Source of the DNA: Alkalispirochaeta sp.
Lineage (GTDB): Bacteria; Spirochaetota; Spirochaetia; DSM-27196; Alkalispirochaetaceae
Direction of reading: 5' to 3'
NCBI GenBank assembly: GCA_965242725.1
Contig: CBDESZ010000027.1
Coordinates: 59,922-123,921, forward strand
Length of the DNA stretch: 64,000 bases
Position 1 is the first letter of the stretch; each line of letters opens with the position of its first letter. Made by a program: the position numbers and the translations under genes. Positions 10,909-21,106 of the stretch are shown one piece after another. The notes below the pieces were generated by a model. That model worked only from the letters and a program-made list of their open reading frames with translations. It had not been told where the DNA came from and did no database searches.

Positions 10909-12072
10909 TTACCGCCGTTCCAGCCGGTACAGTCCACCGTCGGGACTCTCGTCGGTGAGAACGTATATTTCTCCGTCCGGCGCGCTCCGGACGTCCCGGA
11001 ATCGCGCAAAACCCTCAAAGAGCGCCTCCTCTTCTACCGGACGAAGTGCGTCGTCAAGACCGACCCGTCGCAGGTGGGTACCGGCAAGCGCACCGACGAG
11101 GATATCGCCGTCCCATGGCAAGAACGGTCCGTCCTGCACAAATGCCAGACCCGACGGCGCGATGGAGGGCGTCCAATGGAGAAGAGGATCGACAAACCCT
11201 GCGCGGGTGGTGTCGTCGGTGATCGGCCTGCCGCTGTATTCAACACCGTGGGTCACCAGTGGCCAGCCGTAATTACCGCCGCCCCGAAGGATATTAATCT
11301 CGTCGCCGCCTCTCGGTCCGTGTTCATGGGCCCAGATTGCCCCCGTCTCGGGATGACGGGCCATGCCTTGTATGTTGCGATGTCCCCAGGTGAAGAGGCC
11401 GCGGGCGGACTGGCCGGAACCGATACGGGGGTTGTCGGCGGGTTCTCTTCCGTCGGGGTGGAGACGGACGACGCTTCCCTGATGGTTTGAGGGATCCTGG
11501 GCCATCTCCCGCTCTCCCCTTTCGCCGACGGAAATGTATATGGCGCCGTCGTCACCAAAGGCGATCCTGCTGCCGAAATGACGACCGCCGGAGACGGCTC
11601 TGTTCAGGGTGAAAACCTCTTCCCATCCCGTGAGTACCATTTCCTCCCCGCGATGGGTCAGTCTTCCTCTGCCGGCGGCGGTAACCGCGCCGTTTCGGAC
11701 GCGTTTGGAATAGGTAAGATAAATGTAGGAATCCTCGGCGAAGGAGGGTCCCGCCACTACATCGAGCAGTCCCCCCTGTCCCGCCGTATATACCTCAGGT
11801 GTTCCGTCGACACGTGCAATCCGGGACGTTCCGTTGGTGTCTATATACCAGAGCACTCCCTGTCGCTCGGTGATGAGGAATTTCCCGTCACCCAGGGGGG
11901 CAACCGCCCATGGATGATCCAGCCCGGTTACGATTTCCCGGAGCACAAGGGGGCCCAGGGAACTGTCTGTCTCCGCCGCGATATCTCCTGACAATCGCTG
12001 TGCCGGAAGAAATACGGACGTGCCCAATATGAGGACGAGGGACAATACGCTGTATCGCAGGTGTCGTGACAT
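10909..12072 (-). CDS. PQQ-dependent sugar dehydrogenase (glucose/sorbosone family), secreted
   Basis: Signal peptide; GLDHPW, GQGGLLD, HFGSRI, GHRNIQG, EHGPRGGDEIN, GGNYGWP, SIAPSG. Confidence 0.92.
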   Translation of the reverse strand: MSRHLRYSVLSLVLILGTSVFLPAQRLSGDIAAETDSSLGPLVLREIVTGLDHPWAVAPLGDGKFLITERQGVLWYIDTNGTSRIARVDGTPEVYTAGQGGLLDVVAGPSFAEDSYIYLTYSKRVRNGAVTAAGRGRLTHRGEEMVLTGWEEVFTLNRAVSGGRHFGSRIAFGDDGAIYISVGERGEREMAQDPSNHQGSVVRLHPDGREPADNPRIGSGQSARGLFTWGHRNIQGMARHPETGAIWAHEHGPRGGDEINILRGGGNYGWPLVTHGVEYSGRPITDDTTRAGFVDPLLHWTPSIAPSGLAFVQDGPFLPWDGDILVGALAGTHLRRVGLDDALRPVEEEALFEGFARFRDVRSAPDGEIYVLTDESPDGGLYRLERR

Positions 12073-12102
12073 GAGAACCTCCCGGTATAGAAGGTACGAA
12101 GT

Positions 12103-13068
12103 TCACACGGAGCGGGACAACCGAATATAGGCGAGTGAGGCGAGAACAACCGATGCGCCGAATATTGTCTGTAACCCCGGTACTTCTCCAAACAGAAAGG
12201 CGGCGAGAATGGAAGCGAATACCGGTTCCATAAGTATGGAGAGAGAAACGTCGGGAGCCGAGACATAACGGAGAGTCCAGTTGAGGAGGCTGTGTCCGAG
12301 GATGGTACAGAAAACGGCAAGGGCGGCAAAAATCATGTATTCCCGGAGGGCATACGGATAGAGGGGCCGGCGAAATACGCCGGCAAGCCCGATCAGCACG
12401 AGCGCAGCTACAAGATGAACGGAGAAGTTGTACCACCTCGCCGTCATCGTTCGCCGAACAAAGCTACCGATCACAATATACCCTGCAACGGCAACCGCAC
12501 CCCCCGCGGCAAGCAGATCACCTCCCAGTGTCGGGACGCGGCCGCTGACGCTGCCGCCTCCGGCGAGGACCACCGCGCCGATGAGGGCCGCAATGGTCCC
12601 TCCGAGACGCTTCATTTCAATGGGTCGGCCCAGAAACAGCGCCGAGCCGACGAGGACAATGACGGGGTGAATCGTAACAAGAACCGTGGAATGAACAACA
12701 CTCGTGTATGAAAGGGAGGTGATCCACGTCGCAAAATGGAGCGCAAGAAACGTTCCGCTTGCAATGACAAGAATCGCCGGGCGTCGCACACCCCGTTGGA
12801 TTCCGTCGGGAGACACCCCTTCCGACGGGGACTCCGGAGACGTCTGGGACGTCGAAGGCAGTGACGTACCGGGCCGGAAAGAAGGAATATAAGAAGTACC
12901 GCGCCGGAATCCGGTAACGACCGGTCCGAAGGAGAGGAGGACTGCGGCGATGATCATTCTCCAGGCGGCGACAACGAGGGGCGGCGCCGTACTCAGCCGG
13001 ACGAGTATCGATGAGAGAGAGGTGAATGCAACGGCAATCACCATGATCACGTGGGCGTAACGGGCCAC
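12103..13068 (-). CDS. DMT/EamA family transporter
   Basis: About ten hydrophobic segments in two repeats; LALHFATW, EPVFAS. Confidence 0.9.
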   Translation of the reverse strand: MARYAHVIMVIAVAFTSLSSILVRLSTAPPLVVAAWRMIIAAVLLSFGPVVTGFRRGTSYIPSFRPGTSLPSTSQTSPESPSEGVSPDGIQRGVRRPAILVIASGTFLALHFATWITSLSYTSVVHSTVLVTIHPVIVLVGSALFLGRPIEMKRLGGTIAALIGAVVLAGGGSVSGRVPTLGGDLLAAGGAVAVAGYIVIGSFVRRTMTARWYNFSVHLVAALVLIGLAGVFRRPLYPYALREYMIFAALAVFCTILGHSLLNWTLRYVSAPDVSLSILMEPVFASILAAFLFGEVPGLQTIFGASVVLASLAYIRLSRSV

Positions 13069-13082
13069 CCCTCTGCCGTCGC

Positions 13083-13655
13083 TCAGGTCAGTACGTCCGA
13101 GAGAGGAAGATCCCCCATGAAACTCATCGCCTGGACGCAGTGTTCAAAGAGGCGCATACACTGCCGTGCATCGTCTCTGGCACGATGAGCCGTGTTTGCC
13201 GGAATTCCGAGCATTTCCACGAGGTTCTGTAAGGAGTAGCTCTTCTTGCCGGGAAACGCCTTCTGGGCGAGGGTCTGGGTATCGATAATCAGATTTTCCA
13301 CCGTCGGCAGGCCGCTTCGCTGCAGTTCCGCCCGTAAGAAACTTGTATCAAACTCGGCGTTATGGGCGAGGAGAATCGCATCTCCCGCAAATTCCATGAA
13401 TCGCGGCAACACCGCTTCGGTGGGGGCTTTCCCCGCAACCATGGTGTCGTCTATACCGCTGACCCGTGCAGCGTCTACGTGTATCGGCCGCCCCGGATTT
13501 GCAAGCTCTTCAAACTCCGCGAGCTCCTGCCCGATGGTAAACCGGACGGCGCCGAATTCAACGACCCGGTCAACCGCCGGATGAAGTCCCGTCGTCTCAA
13601 AATCAAATGCAACAAAGGTAAATTCAGCTACCCCTTTGGTGGTATCTACAATCAC
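13083..13655 (-). CDS. DEDDh 3'-5' exonuclease (DnaQ-like)
   Basis: FDFETTG, AHNAEFD, HRARDDA. Confidence 0.92.
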   Translation of the reverse strand: MIVDTTKGVAEFTFVAFDFETTGLHPAVDRVVEFGAVRFTIGQELAEFEELANPGRPIHVDAARVSGIDDTMVAGKAPTEAVLPRFMEFAGDAILLAHNAEFDTSFLRAELQRSGLPTVENLIIDTQTLAQKAFPGKKSYSLQNLVEMLGIPANTAHRARDDARQCMRLFEHCVQAMSFMGDLPLSDVLT

Positions 13656-15456
13656 CGTCCTGCACCCCTTTCAGCCTTTTCAATGATGCTCCGGATATCT
13701 CCGTCGATCGCCGCGATTCGGGCGGCAACCTGACGGCGTGCCTCGTCGAGGGGTGTCCCCGGAGCGGAGTGACAGCTCGCATAGAACTTGATTTTCGGCT
13801 CCGTTCCGGAGGGACGGGCGCTCACCTTGCTGCCGTCGCTGAGGAAGAACTGCAGCACATTTGAGGAAGGCAGCCCCGGCCCTTTGGTAATGGACGGCTT
13901 GCCGTCCTCCCCTCCCGTTGAATAGTCGGTGACCCTGTCATTCTTGATATCCAGGATCTTCCCGACCGCAACGCCTCCGAGTTCCCGGGGCGGATTCTCC
14001 CGCAGGTCCTTCATCACACCGGCCATGATCTGTTGCCCCGACTGCCCTCGAAATATTTTGAGGTTGTCTGCTCTTCCCAGTATCCGAAGCGGTCCCAGAG
14101 CTGCTCAAGCCGCTCAAGCACGCTGATGCCTTTACTGCGCCAGTGCAGTGCCATCTCGATGGTCATCATCGTTGCGGTGATGCTGTCTTTGTCCCGCACC
14201 TCCGTACCGATCAGGTATCCGTAGCTTTCTTCGTCACCCATGATGAAGACGGGAGAGCCCGGTTCTTCCTCGAGCTTCCGCATGATTGCGGCGATATGCT
14301 TGAAACCGGTGAGGGTCTGATACACTTTTGCGCCGTAGTACTCAGCAACGGCGTTCTGCAACTCCGTCGTGACCACCGTCGTCACGAAGGCGGGATTCTC
14401 CGGCAGCGTACCCGACTCTTTTCGCTGACCAAGTATGTAGTCCGCCAATAAGACACCAAGCTGATTGCCGGTAATCAGCTGCATATCGTCCCCGACGGGA
14501 ACGGCAATTCCCACCCGGTCGGCGTCGGGATCGGTACCGATGACGATGTCCGCGCGTTTTTCCCGGCCCAGTGCAACGGCCATTTCCATCGCACTCGCCT
14601 CCTCCGGATTGGGAAACTTCACCGTAGGAAATTCGCCGTCCGGCTCCCGCTGTTCCGGCACGGTAATGACCTTCACACCGAGCTGGTTCAGTACCGGCTC
14701 CACCATGATCGCACCGGTGCCGTGCAGGGGCGTGTAGACCGCCGTCACCTCGGATCCCTTCCGCTGAAGCAGTTCAGGCTGCACCGATTGCCGTTTCACC
14801 ATGGCGATAAACTTCTCGTCGATTTCCTCGTCGATATAAACGAGGAGCCCCTTTTCGAGGGCTTCCGACTCCGACAGAGAGACAATTCCCTCCGGCTTTA
14901 CGGTCATGACAGTCTCGATAATCGCGGTATCGTGGGGTGCGACAATTTGTGCACCGTCGCCCCAGTACACCTTGTACCCGTTGTACTGCGGGGGATTGTG
15001 ACTCGCCGTCACCATGACCCCCACCGACGCATCAAGCTCACGGACCGCAAAGGAAAGCTCAGGTGTCGGTCTCAGAGCGCTGAACAGGTACGCTTTAATG
15101 CCGTGAGCCGCAAATACGAGCGCCGCCGAGAGGGCGAACTCCCGGGAATAGCGACGACAGTCGTAGGAAATCACCGCCGAACGGGTGCCGTCGGCGGCGC
15201 TTTTCCCTTCTTGTTTTACATACCGGGCAAGTCCCGTCGTTGCGCGGGCGATGACAAAGGGATTCATACGGTTGAAACCTCCGCCGATCACGCCGCGAAG
15301 ACCGCCGGTGCCGAACTCAAGATCTGTATAAAACCGGTCCGCCAGTTCGTCCCACTCTTCGTTATTCAAAAGACGTCGAACTTCGTCGGCAAAGGTCTTG
15401 TCCTGCTCCGCCGAAATATACCGGTCTGCGGCGTTTTTAACTTCTTCCCGATTCAT
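13652..15456 (-). CDS. Phospho-sugar mutase (PGM/PMM), split by a one-base frameshift near 14045
   Basis: FGTGGLRG, TASHNP, DPDADR, EESYG in ORF 14014-15558 and RPSGTEPKIKFY in ORF 13652-14026; one added G restores FEGQSGQQIMAGV. Confidence 0.9.
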
Positions 15457-16151
15457 CATCATTCTCCTTCGGTAGGTTACACAGAATCTGTCGCAATTCT
15501 TCCACACTATAACACAGGTGCTCCGGATTCGAATCCCGGATTTCCCCGCTGTCACCATATCCCCACATTACGGCGACGGCAACGCAACCCGCATTTCGCG
15601 CGGTTTGCATGTCAATGACGGTATCACCGACAAAACAGCACGCCTCCGCGGAAACACCGCTCCCCGCAAGGAGGGTATGCACAGAGGCGGGGTCGGGTTT
15701 CCGGGGAGCATCATCCCGCTGACCCGATACACCCGCAAATCTGACGGTGGGAAACATCGTCGCCACCACCGTGCGGGCAACGTCGTCGGGCTTATTGGTC
15801 AGCACATAAAGCGGGATATCCCGCCGCTGGAGTTCCTCGAGAATATCCGTCATCCCGTCGAAGACGGAGGCAAGGTCGGCGGGGTGGGCGTTCATGTACT
15901 CCCGACACTCCATGGTGATCGACCGGACCAGCACCGCATCCTCCCGGGCTTCCGCTCCAAGGGAACGTCTCACCGTTTCCATCACCCCCCAGCCTATTCT
16001 CGTCCGATACGATTCCACCGGGGCGGTGGCAAAACCGTGCCGGCTGAGTACGGTATTCAACGCCTGGGCGATGTCACCGATGGTGTCGAGAAGAGTGCCG
16101 TCGAGGTCAAAAATTACCGCTGCGGGAAAAACCGATCTTGTCGTCGTGCAC
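15437..16151 (-). CDS. HAD-family hydrolase (phosphoglycolate phosphatase-like); probable indel near 16127-16131
   Basis: IFDLDGTLLDT lies in frame upstream of the tracked ORF; TNK, KPDP, VGDT motifs; removing one T joins it to GTG 16151. Confidence 0.85.
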
Positions 16152-16187
16152 CGCTAAACGGTATCGTCTCCCCACTGGAAAGGTCAA

Positions 16188-17014
16188 TTGGAACGCGGAG
16201 AAGTCGGTTTTCACAACTACTATCGATCAATCTATCCCGAAAGGTGGGATGATATCGTACGGGCGCTTGCACCTTCCCCCCTCGTACATGGAGCTGCGGG
16301 ACGGGTTGCTCCAACCCTACTACCTCGACGCGGCATCAGTTGCGGCGGCGAGCCTGCTGCCCCTGGACGACGCGCGGGAGGTTGTGGATCTCTGCGCCGC
16401 GCCGGGAGGTAAGAGCCTCGTTCTCGCCCTGCGGTTGTGGCGTACAGGTCAGGATGGTGATGTCAGGCTGGTGGCAAACGAGTTATCGCCGTCGCGCCGG
16501 AATCGACTCATACGCGTATTGGACACCCATCTTCCCCCGGAAATGCGCAGCCGGGTATCCGTGTACGGCCATGACGCCGCGCGCTGGGGCGTCCATCGTC
16601 CGGAGAGCGCGGACGCGGTCCTTGCCGACGTTCCCTGTTCATCCGAGGGCCACCTCCTCGGAAACGCGAAGGAGCTCTCGCGGTGGGGAAAAGGGCGTAT
16701 CAAACGCAACGTGACCACCCAGCACGCGATCCTTGCCGCCGCCGCCGACTCCGTCCGCCCGGGTGGACACATCCTCTATGCAACCTGTGCCCTTACGCCC
16801 GAGGAAAATGACGATGTTGTCGAGTGGGTCCTGCGCCGGCGACCGGGAAAACTGACGCCTCTCACGGCGGATGACCTGCGGGGTCTGCCGGCGGCGGCGG
16901 ACCATCCCCTCCTTCTCACCGCCGAGACGACGCGGCGGGGGACTCCATATCCTGCCCGACACCTCAGGCGGGGCGGGACCGATCTACCTCTCCCTGCTCC
17001 GACGCGACGACTGA
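16188..17014 (+). CDS. RsmB/NOP-family RNA m5C methyltransferase, two apparent homopolymer frameshifts
   Basis: YYLDAAS, DLCAAPGGKS, DVPCSSE, YATCAL..EEN; N-terminus (YYRSIYPERW) and C-terminus (ILPDTSGGAGPIY) lie in other frames. Confidence 0.85.
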
Positions 17015-17089
17015 GACGGAACGGGTCGTGATGATTCACCGTCTTCCGTAGTGACAGAGGAGACACGCTAAGCTACACTCGCCCCCCCG

Positions 17090-19183
17090 ATGAAAGAGCT
17101 CCTTGAACGACTGAATGAACAACAGCGGGAAGCGGTGACGACCATCGACGGACCGCTCCTGATAATCGCGGGCGCCGGAAGTGGAAAAACGGGCGTCATA
17201 ACGACCAGGATCGCCTATATGGTCCATCAGGGGATCGACCCCGCGTCAATCCTCGCAATGACCTTCACCAACAAAGCCGCCGGCGAGATGGAAGAACGGG
17301 TCAAGGATCTCCTCATGGCGGTCAAGGATGATCCCGTTTCCGCAAAGGCTGCGGCAAAGGCGCTGACAATCAGCACCTTTCACGCCTTTGGACTGGCCAT
17401 GCTCCGCCGGTACGGCCGTCTCGTCGGATATCGCCCCAATTTTACCGTCTACGACTCGGGCGACCAGATCGCCCTATTGAAAGAGGCTGCCAGGGAACTG
17501 AAAATTGCGCCCGACGATCTGGATATATTCGGTGTGCTCCAGCTCTTTTCAGGCATAAAGACCGAACGAATCTCATGGAACGACGAACGATGGTACGACA
17601 TGGCGGCAGCGCTCGGTGAGGCGTCGGGTTACCGCGGCGTCTCCACATTTCGGGACCTCTACCAAAGCTATCAGGAGCATCTCGTCACCTTTAACGCCGT
17701 CGATTTCGACGATCTCATCGTCAAACCTCTGCAACTCCTCAGGGACAATCCCAAGGTGCGGGGCCACTACGCCGACCATTTCCGGTACATCATGGTGGAC
17801 GAATTTCAGGATACCAGTACGATCCAGTATCGCGTGCTCTATCAGCTGGCTCACGAATGGCGCAACGTCTGCGTCGTCGGCGATGACGACCAGTCCATTT
17901 ACAGCTGGCGTGGTGCGGACTACTCCAACCTGGAAAACTTCGAGCGGGACTTTCCGGAGTTCCGGGAGATCAAACTGGAGCGGAATTACCGATCCACGGG
18001 ACAGATACTGAGCGCCGCCAACGCCGTTATTGCCAACAACACCAATCGTAAAATCAAGGAGCTCTGGACCCATATCGAAACGGGCAATCTCATAGAGCTC
18101 TCTTTTCCCGACTCGGACGACCAGGAAGCGGAATTCATCGCGGAAAAGATAAAACTTCTCGCCTATCAGGAGAGTCTTACCTACGACGCGTTTGGTATTC
18201 TCATCCGGACCAACAGCCAGGCGCGCCTCATCGAGGAGGCGCTGCTCGAAGGTGACATTCCCTATCGCATGTCCGGCGGCCAGAGTTTCTTTCAGAGGAA
18301 GGAAATCAAGGATATCGCCGGCTATATGCGGGTTGTGCTCAACCCCGACGACGACGTCAATCTGCTGCGGACGATCAATACACCCCGACGGGGAATCGGA
18401 CGACGGACGGTGGAGCAGCTCCATACCGTGGCGGAAGGGCGTAAAATCTCCCTCTACTCGGCGATCAGCCTCGTCATTCACGGCGAGGTGCCGGCTGAGG
18501 AGCACGGCATCGGAAAAAACGCGGTGGCGAGCCTCTCCGAATATATTGAGCTGATCCAATCGTATCAGGAGCGCTTCTCCACCACCAGACACCTTGCGGC
18601 AACCACGGAGCGGCTCGTTACGGAGCTCGATTACTGGGGATACCTGATACAGGAATTTCAAAAGAGCGAGCGAGCCGCCAAGGCAAAATGGAAAAACATC
18701 GGTTTTTTCATACGATCCATTGACCGGTACGAGACAAACCCCGATATCATCGAACCTTCACTCCAGGGATACCTCAACCGAATCAGCCTGCAGGTGCGGG
18801 ACGAACTGAGTGAACAGGCCGATCACGGCAGCGTTCACCTCATGACGATCCACGCTGCCAAGGGGTTGGAGTTTGACATCGTATTTCTCGCAGGCGTAGA
18901 GGAAGGAATCATTCCTCACGAACGGAGCCTCGAGGAAAACAACGGCAATGTCGAGGAAGAGCGCAGACTCTTTTACGTTGCCATTACCCGCGCCAGAGAC
19001 CGCCTCTTCATGACGAGCTGCCGTCGTCGACACGTTCAAAATGAGGTGATCGAGTCGGTTCCTTCACCGTTCATTCAGGAAATCCCGGCGGAATTGTTGC
19101 AGAAGACCGGTACCGATCCCGCGGCGGGTATGGAAATACCGGAAGATCCCTTTGCGATGATGAAAGCCCGTTTTGCCGATTGA
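17090..19183 (+). CDS. UvrD/Rep/PcrA-family ATP-dependent DNA helicase
   Basis: AGAGSGKT, VDEFQD, GDDDQSIY, NYRST, TIHAAKGLEF, EEERRLFYVAITRA. Confidence 0.95.
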   Translation: MKELLERLNEQQREAVTTIDGPLLIIAGAGSGKTGVITTRIAYMVHQGIDPASILAMTFTNKAAGEMEERVKDLLMAVKDDPVSAKAAAKALTISTFHAFGLAMLRRYGRLVGYRPNFTVYDSGDQIALLKEAARELKIAPDDLDIFGVLQLFSGIKTERISWNDERWYDMAAALGEASGYRGVSTFRDLYQSYQEHLVTFNAVDFDDLIVKPLQLLRDNPKVRGHYADHFRYIMVDEFQDTSTIQYRVLYQLAHEWRNVCVVGDDDQSIYSWRGADYSNLENFERDFPEFREIKLERNYRSTGQILSAANAVIANNTNRKIKELWTHIETGNLIELSFPDSDDQEAEFIAEKIKLLAYQESLTYDAFGILIRTNSQARLIEEALLEGDIPYRMSGGQSFFQRKEIKDIAGYMRVVLNPDDDVNLLRTINTPRRGIGRRTVEQLHTVAEGRKISLYSAISLVIHGEVPAEEHGIGKNAVASLSEYIELIQSYQERFSTTRHLAATTERLVTELDYWGYLIQEFQKSERAAKAKWKNIGFFIRSIDRYETNPDIIEPSLQGYLNRISLQVRDELSEQADHGSVHLMTIHAAKGLEFDIVFLAGVEEGIIPHERSLEENNGNVEEERRLFYVAITRARDRLFMTSCRRRHVQNEVIESVPSPFIQEIPAELLQKTGTDPAAGMEIPEDPFAMMKARFAD

Positions 19184-19209
19184 CCGTTTTCTCAGTATGT
19201 TCTTTCACG

Positions 19210-19872
19210 ATGAGTTCCAAAGACGTGGACCGGGTTCCAATGTTTCCCCTCGGCTTAGTGCTCCTGCCGCGCATGCCCCTTCCCCTTCACATTTTTGAGG
19301 AACGGTACCGTCACATGGTACAGAAGTGTATCTCCGACGGTACTCCCTTCGGTGTGCTCCTCCATACGGGTTCAACTGTGCAAACCGTTGGATGCCTCGC
19401 CCTCGTAGACAGCGTCATCAACCGCTATGACGACGGCAGAATGGATATACTCGCCGTCGGGACGGAGCGGTTCCGCGTGCGCCACATGTACGACGATAAA
19501 TCGGTTCTGGAAGCGGATATCGAAATTTTCCACGACAATCCGCTTGATGCGGAGACGGAAAAGAAGATCGACGGCCTCGTGAGAAACGCCGTGACGGATC
19601 TGCAGGAATTTGCCAATACCGCCGGGTACACAATAGATTCCGGAATGCTTGAAGCTATGGACACCGAGGAACTATCCTTTCTTCTGGCGACCACCGACGT
19701 CTTCAGCACCGAAGAAAAGCAGCAGTTCCTTGAGCTTCGATCGACTCCCGACCGTATGCTCCGCGCCGGCAGGGCAATCGAAAACAGTAAAGAGCGGCTG
19801 AATATGTCAAAAACGATTCGGAAAATTCTCGGAAAAGATGCGGATGAAGATATTACACACCTATTCAATTAA
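19210..19872 (+). CDS. Stand-alone LON substrate-binding domain protein
   Basis: PMFPL..VLLP...LPLHIFEERY; no ATPase or protease domain. Confidence 0.85.
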   Translation: MSSKDVDRVPMFPLGLVLLPRMPLPLHIFEERYRHMVQKCISDGTPFGVLLHTGSTVQTVGCLALVDSVINRYDDGRMDILAVGTERFRVRHMYDDKSVLEADIEIFHDNPLDAETEKKIDGLVRNAVTDLQEFANTAGYTIDSGMLEAMDTEELSFLLATTDVFSTEEKQQFLELRSTPDRMLRAGRAIENSKERLNMSKTIRKILGKDADEDITHLFN

Positions 19873-19966
19873 GGGCGTGCGGAATATTGACAATGCGTCG
19901 TTCATGACGGATGGTTCATTCAATACGGTCGTGCTCGTGGTAAATTAGCCGAAGCGAGGGTATAAA

Positions 19967-21104
19967 ATGAGCAATTACAAAACTAGAATTGAAGAAATTT
20001 CCACTATTCTTGGAGAGACCGAGGAAGAGTGTAATCGCCGCCGACGGGCAATCGGAAAAGAGTTTGTATCGATCGCCGACGGAACGAGTACCGGCGCCGA
20101 TGTATCGGAGCTCCTCTCAAAATATGAGACAATTACGACGCAAATCGAGCAATCCAGTTCCGCCCTGGAACGGATGATCCGCATTGACGAACGACAGTCG
20201 GAAATCCGCGGAAAAATGAGAAATGTCCAGAAGGAACTTGAGCAGCTTGAGAGCGGAAGAGATCTTGCGGGAGCCTATGAAGCGGTCGGCGCGTCCGCCT
20301 TTCGTCTCTTCAAGGAACACCCCCTCGTCGATGCCACCTACTCGACCGTTTTTTCCGGCGTGGCACGCTTTCAGGACCAGATGCGTCGCATTGACGCCCA
20401 GCCGGAGCAGCTGCAGACCGATCCCGCCGGTCGCTCGTCATCGCTGATCGACAGAATTTCCCGGGGCGGGCGAAACGTCATTCTGAGAAACAAGCGTACG
20501 GTAAAGGAAAATCAGCTGCCCGGTCTTCTGCAGAAACTCGGCCGTGATCTTGGCACATACCGACTTCTTTGATGCCATGGACGACGACGAGCTCACCACC
20601 GCATCTGAGCCGATCCGCGCGGCGGAACGTCAAAAGAGTGCACTGAAGGAGCAGATCGAGGCATTGAGCGAAGAGTCACGGCAGCTGGTGGAGGAGTTCA
20701 ACGCTCTTTCCGGCGGTTCACGCCTTTCCAAGGCGCAGAAGGACCGCGAAGCGGAAATTGCACAGGCTCAGGAACGGCTCAACGAGGTGCTCCTTCAACT
20801 GGGCGACGAGGCCCGCAACGAGCGTCCCGAATCTCTGACCGCTGAAATCGAGGCACTGGAACACGACGAATCCCGGGCACATCACTTTCGATCTATCCTG
20901 GAACGGCTGGAACTGGGACAGAAAGCGGAAGCACTCGGAGATGAAATCTCTTCGGACAATGTCCGTATGGCCCGCCTGAACGAGCGAATTGCCGCCCTTC
21001 AGGACGAAAAGGGCCGGTTGGAACACGAAGTCCGTCAGAAAGAGGCGGAACGGGAGAACCTCATCGCCCGGCGGGGAAATGAGGACGAACTGTTCGGCAA
21101 ATAG
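19967..21104 (+). CDS. Hypothetical coiled-coil protein, frameshifted near 20552
   Basis: Two overlapping E/K/R/Q-rich ORFs (19967-20572, 20544-21104) join if one G is removed. Confidence 0.65.
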
Positions 21105-21106
21105 AC

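Noticed and set aside
13652..17014. Calling the mutase, HAD and methyltransferase genes pseudogenes
   Set aside because: Motifs are intact and each break is a single base in a mononucleotide run, so sequencing error is more likely
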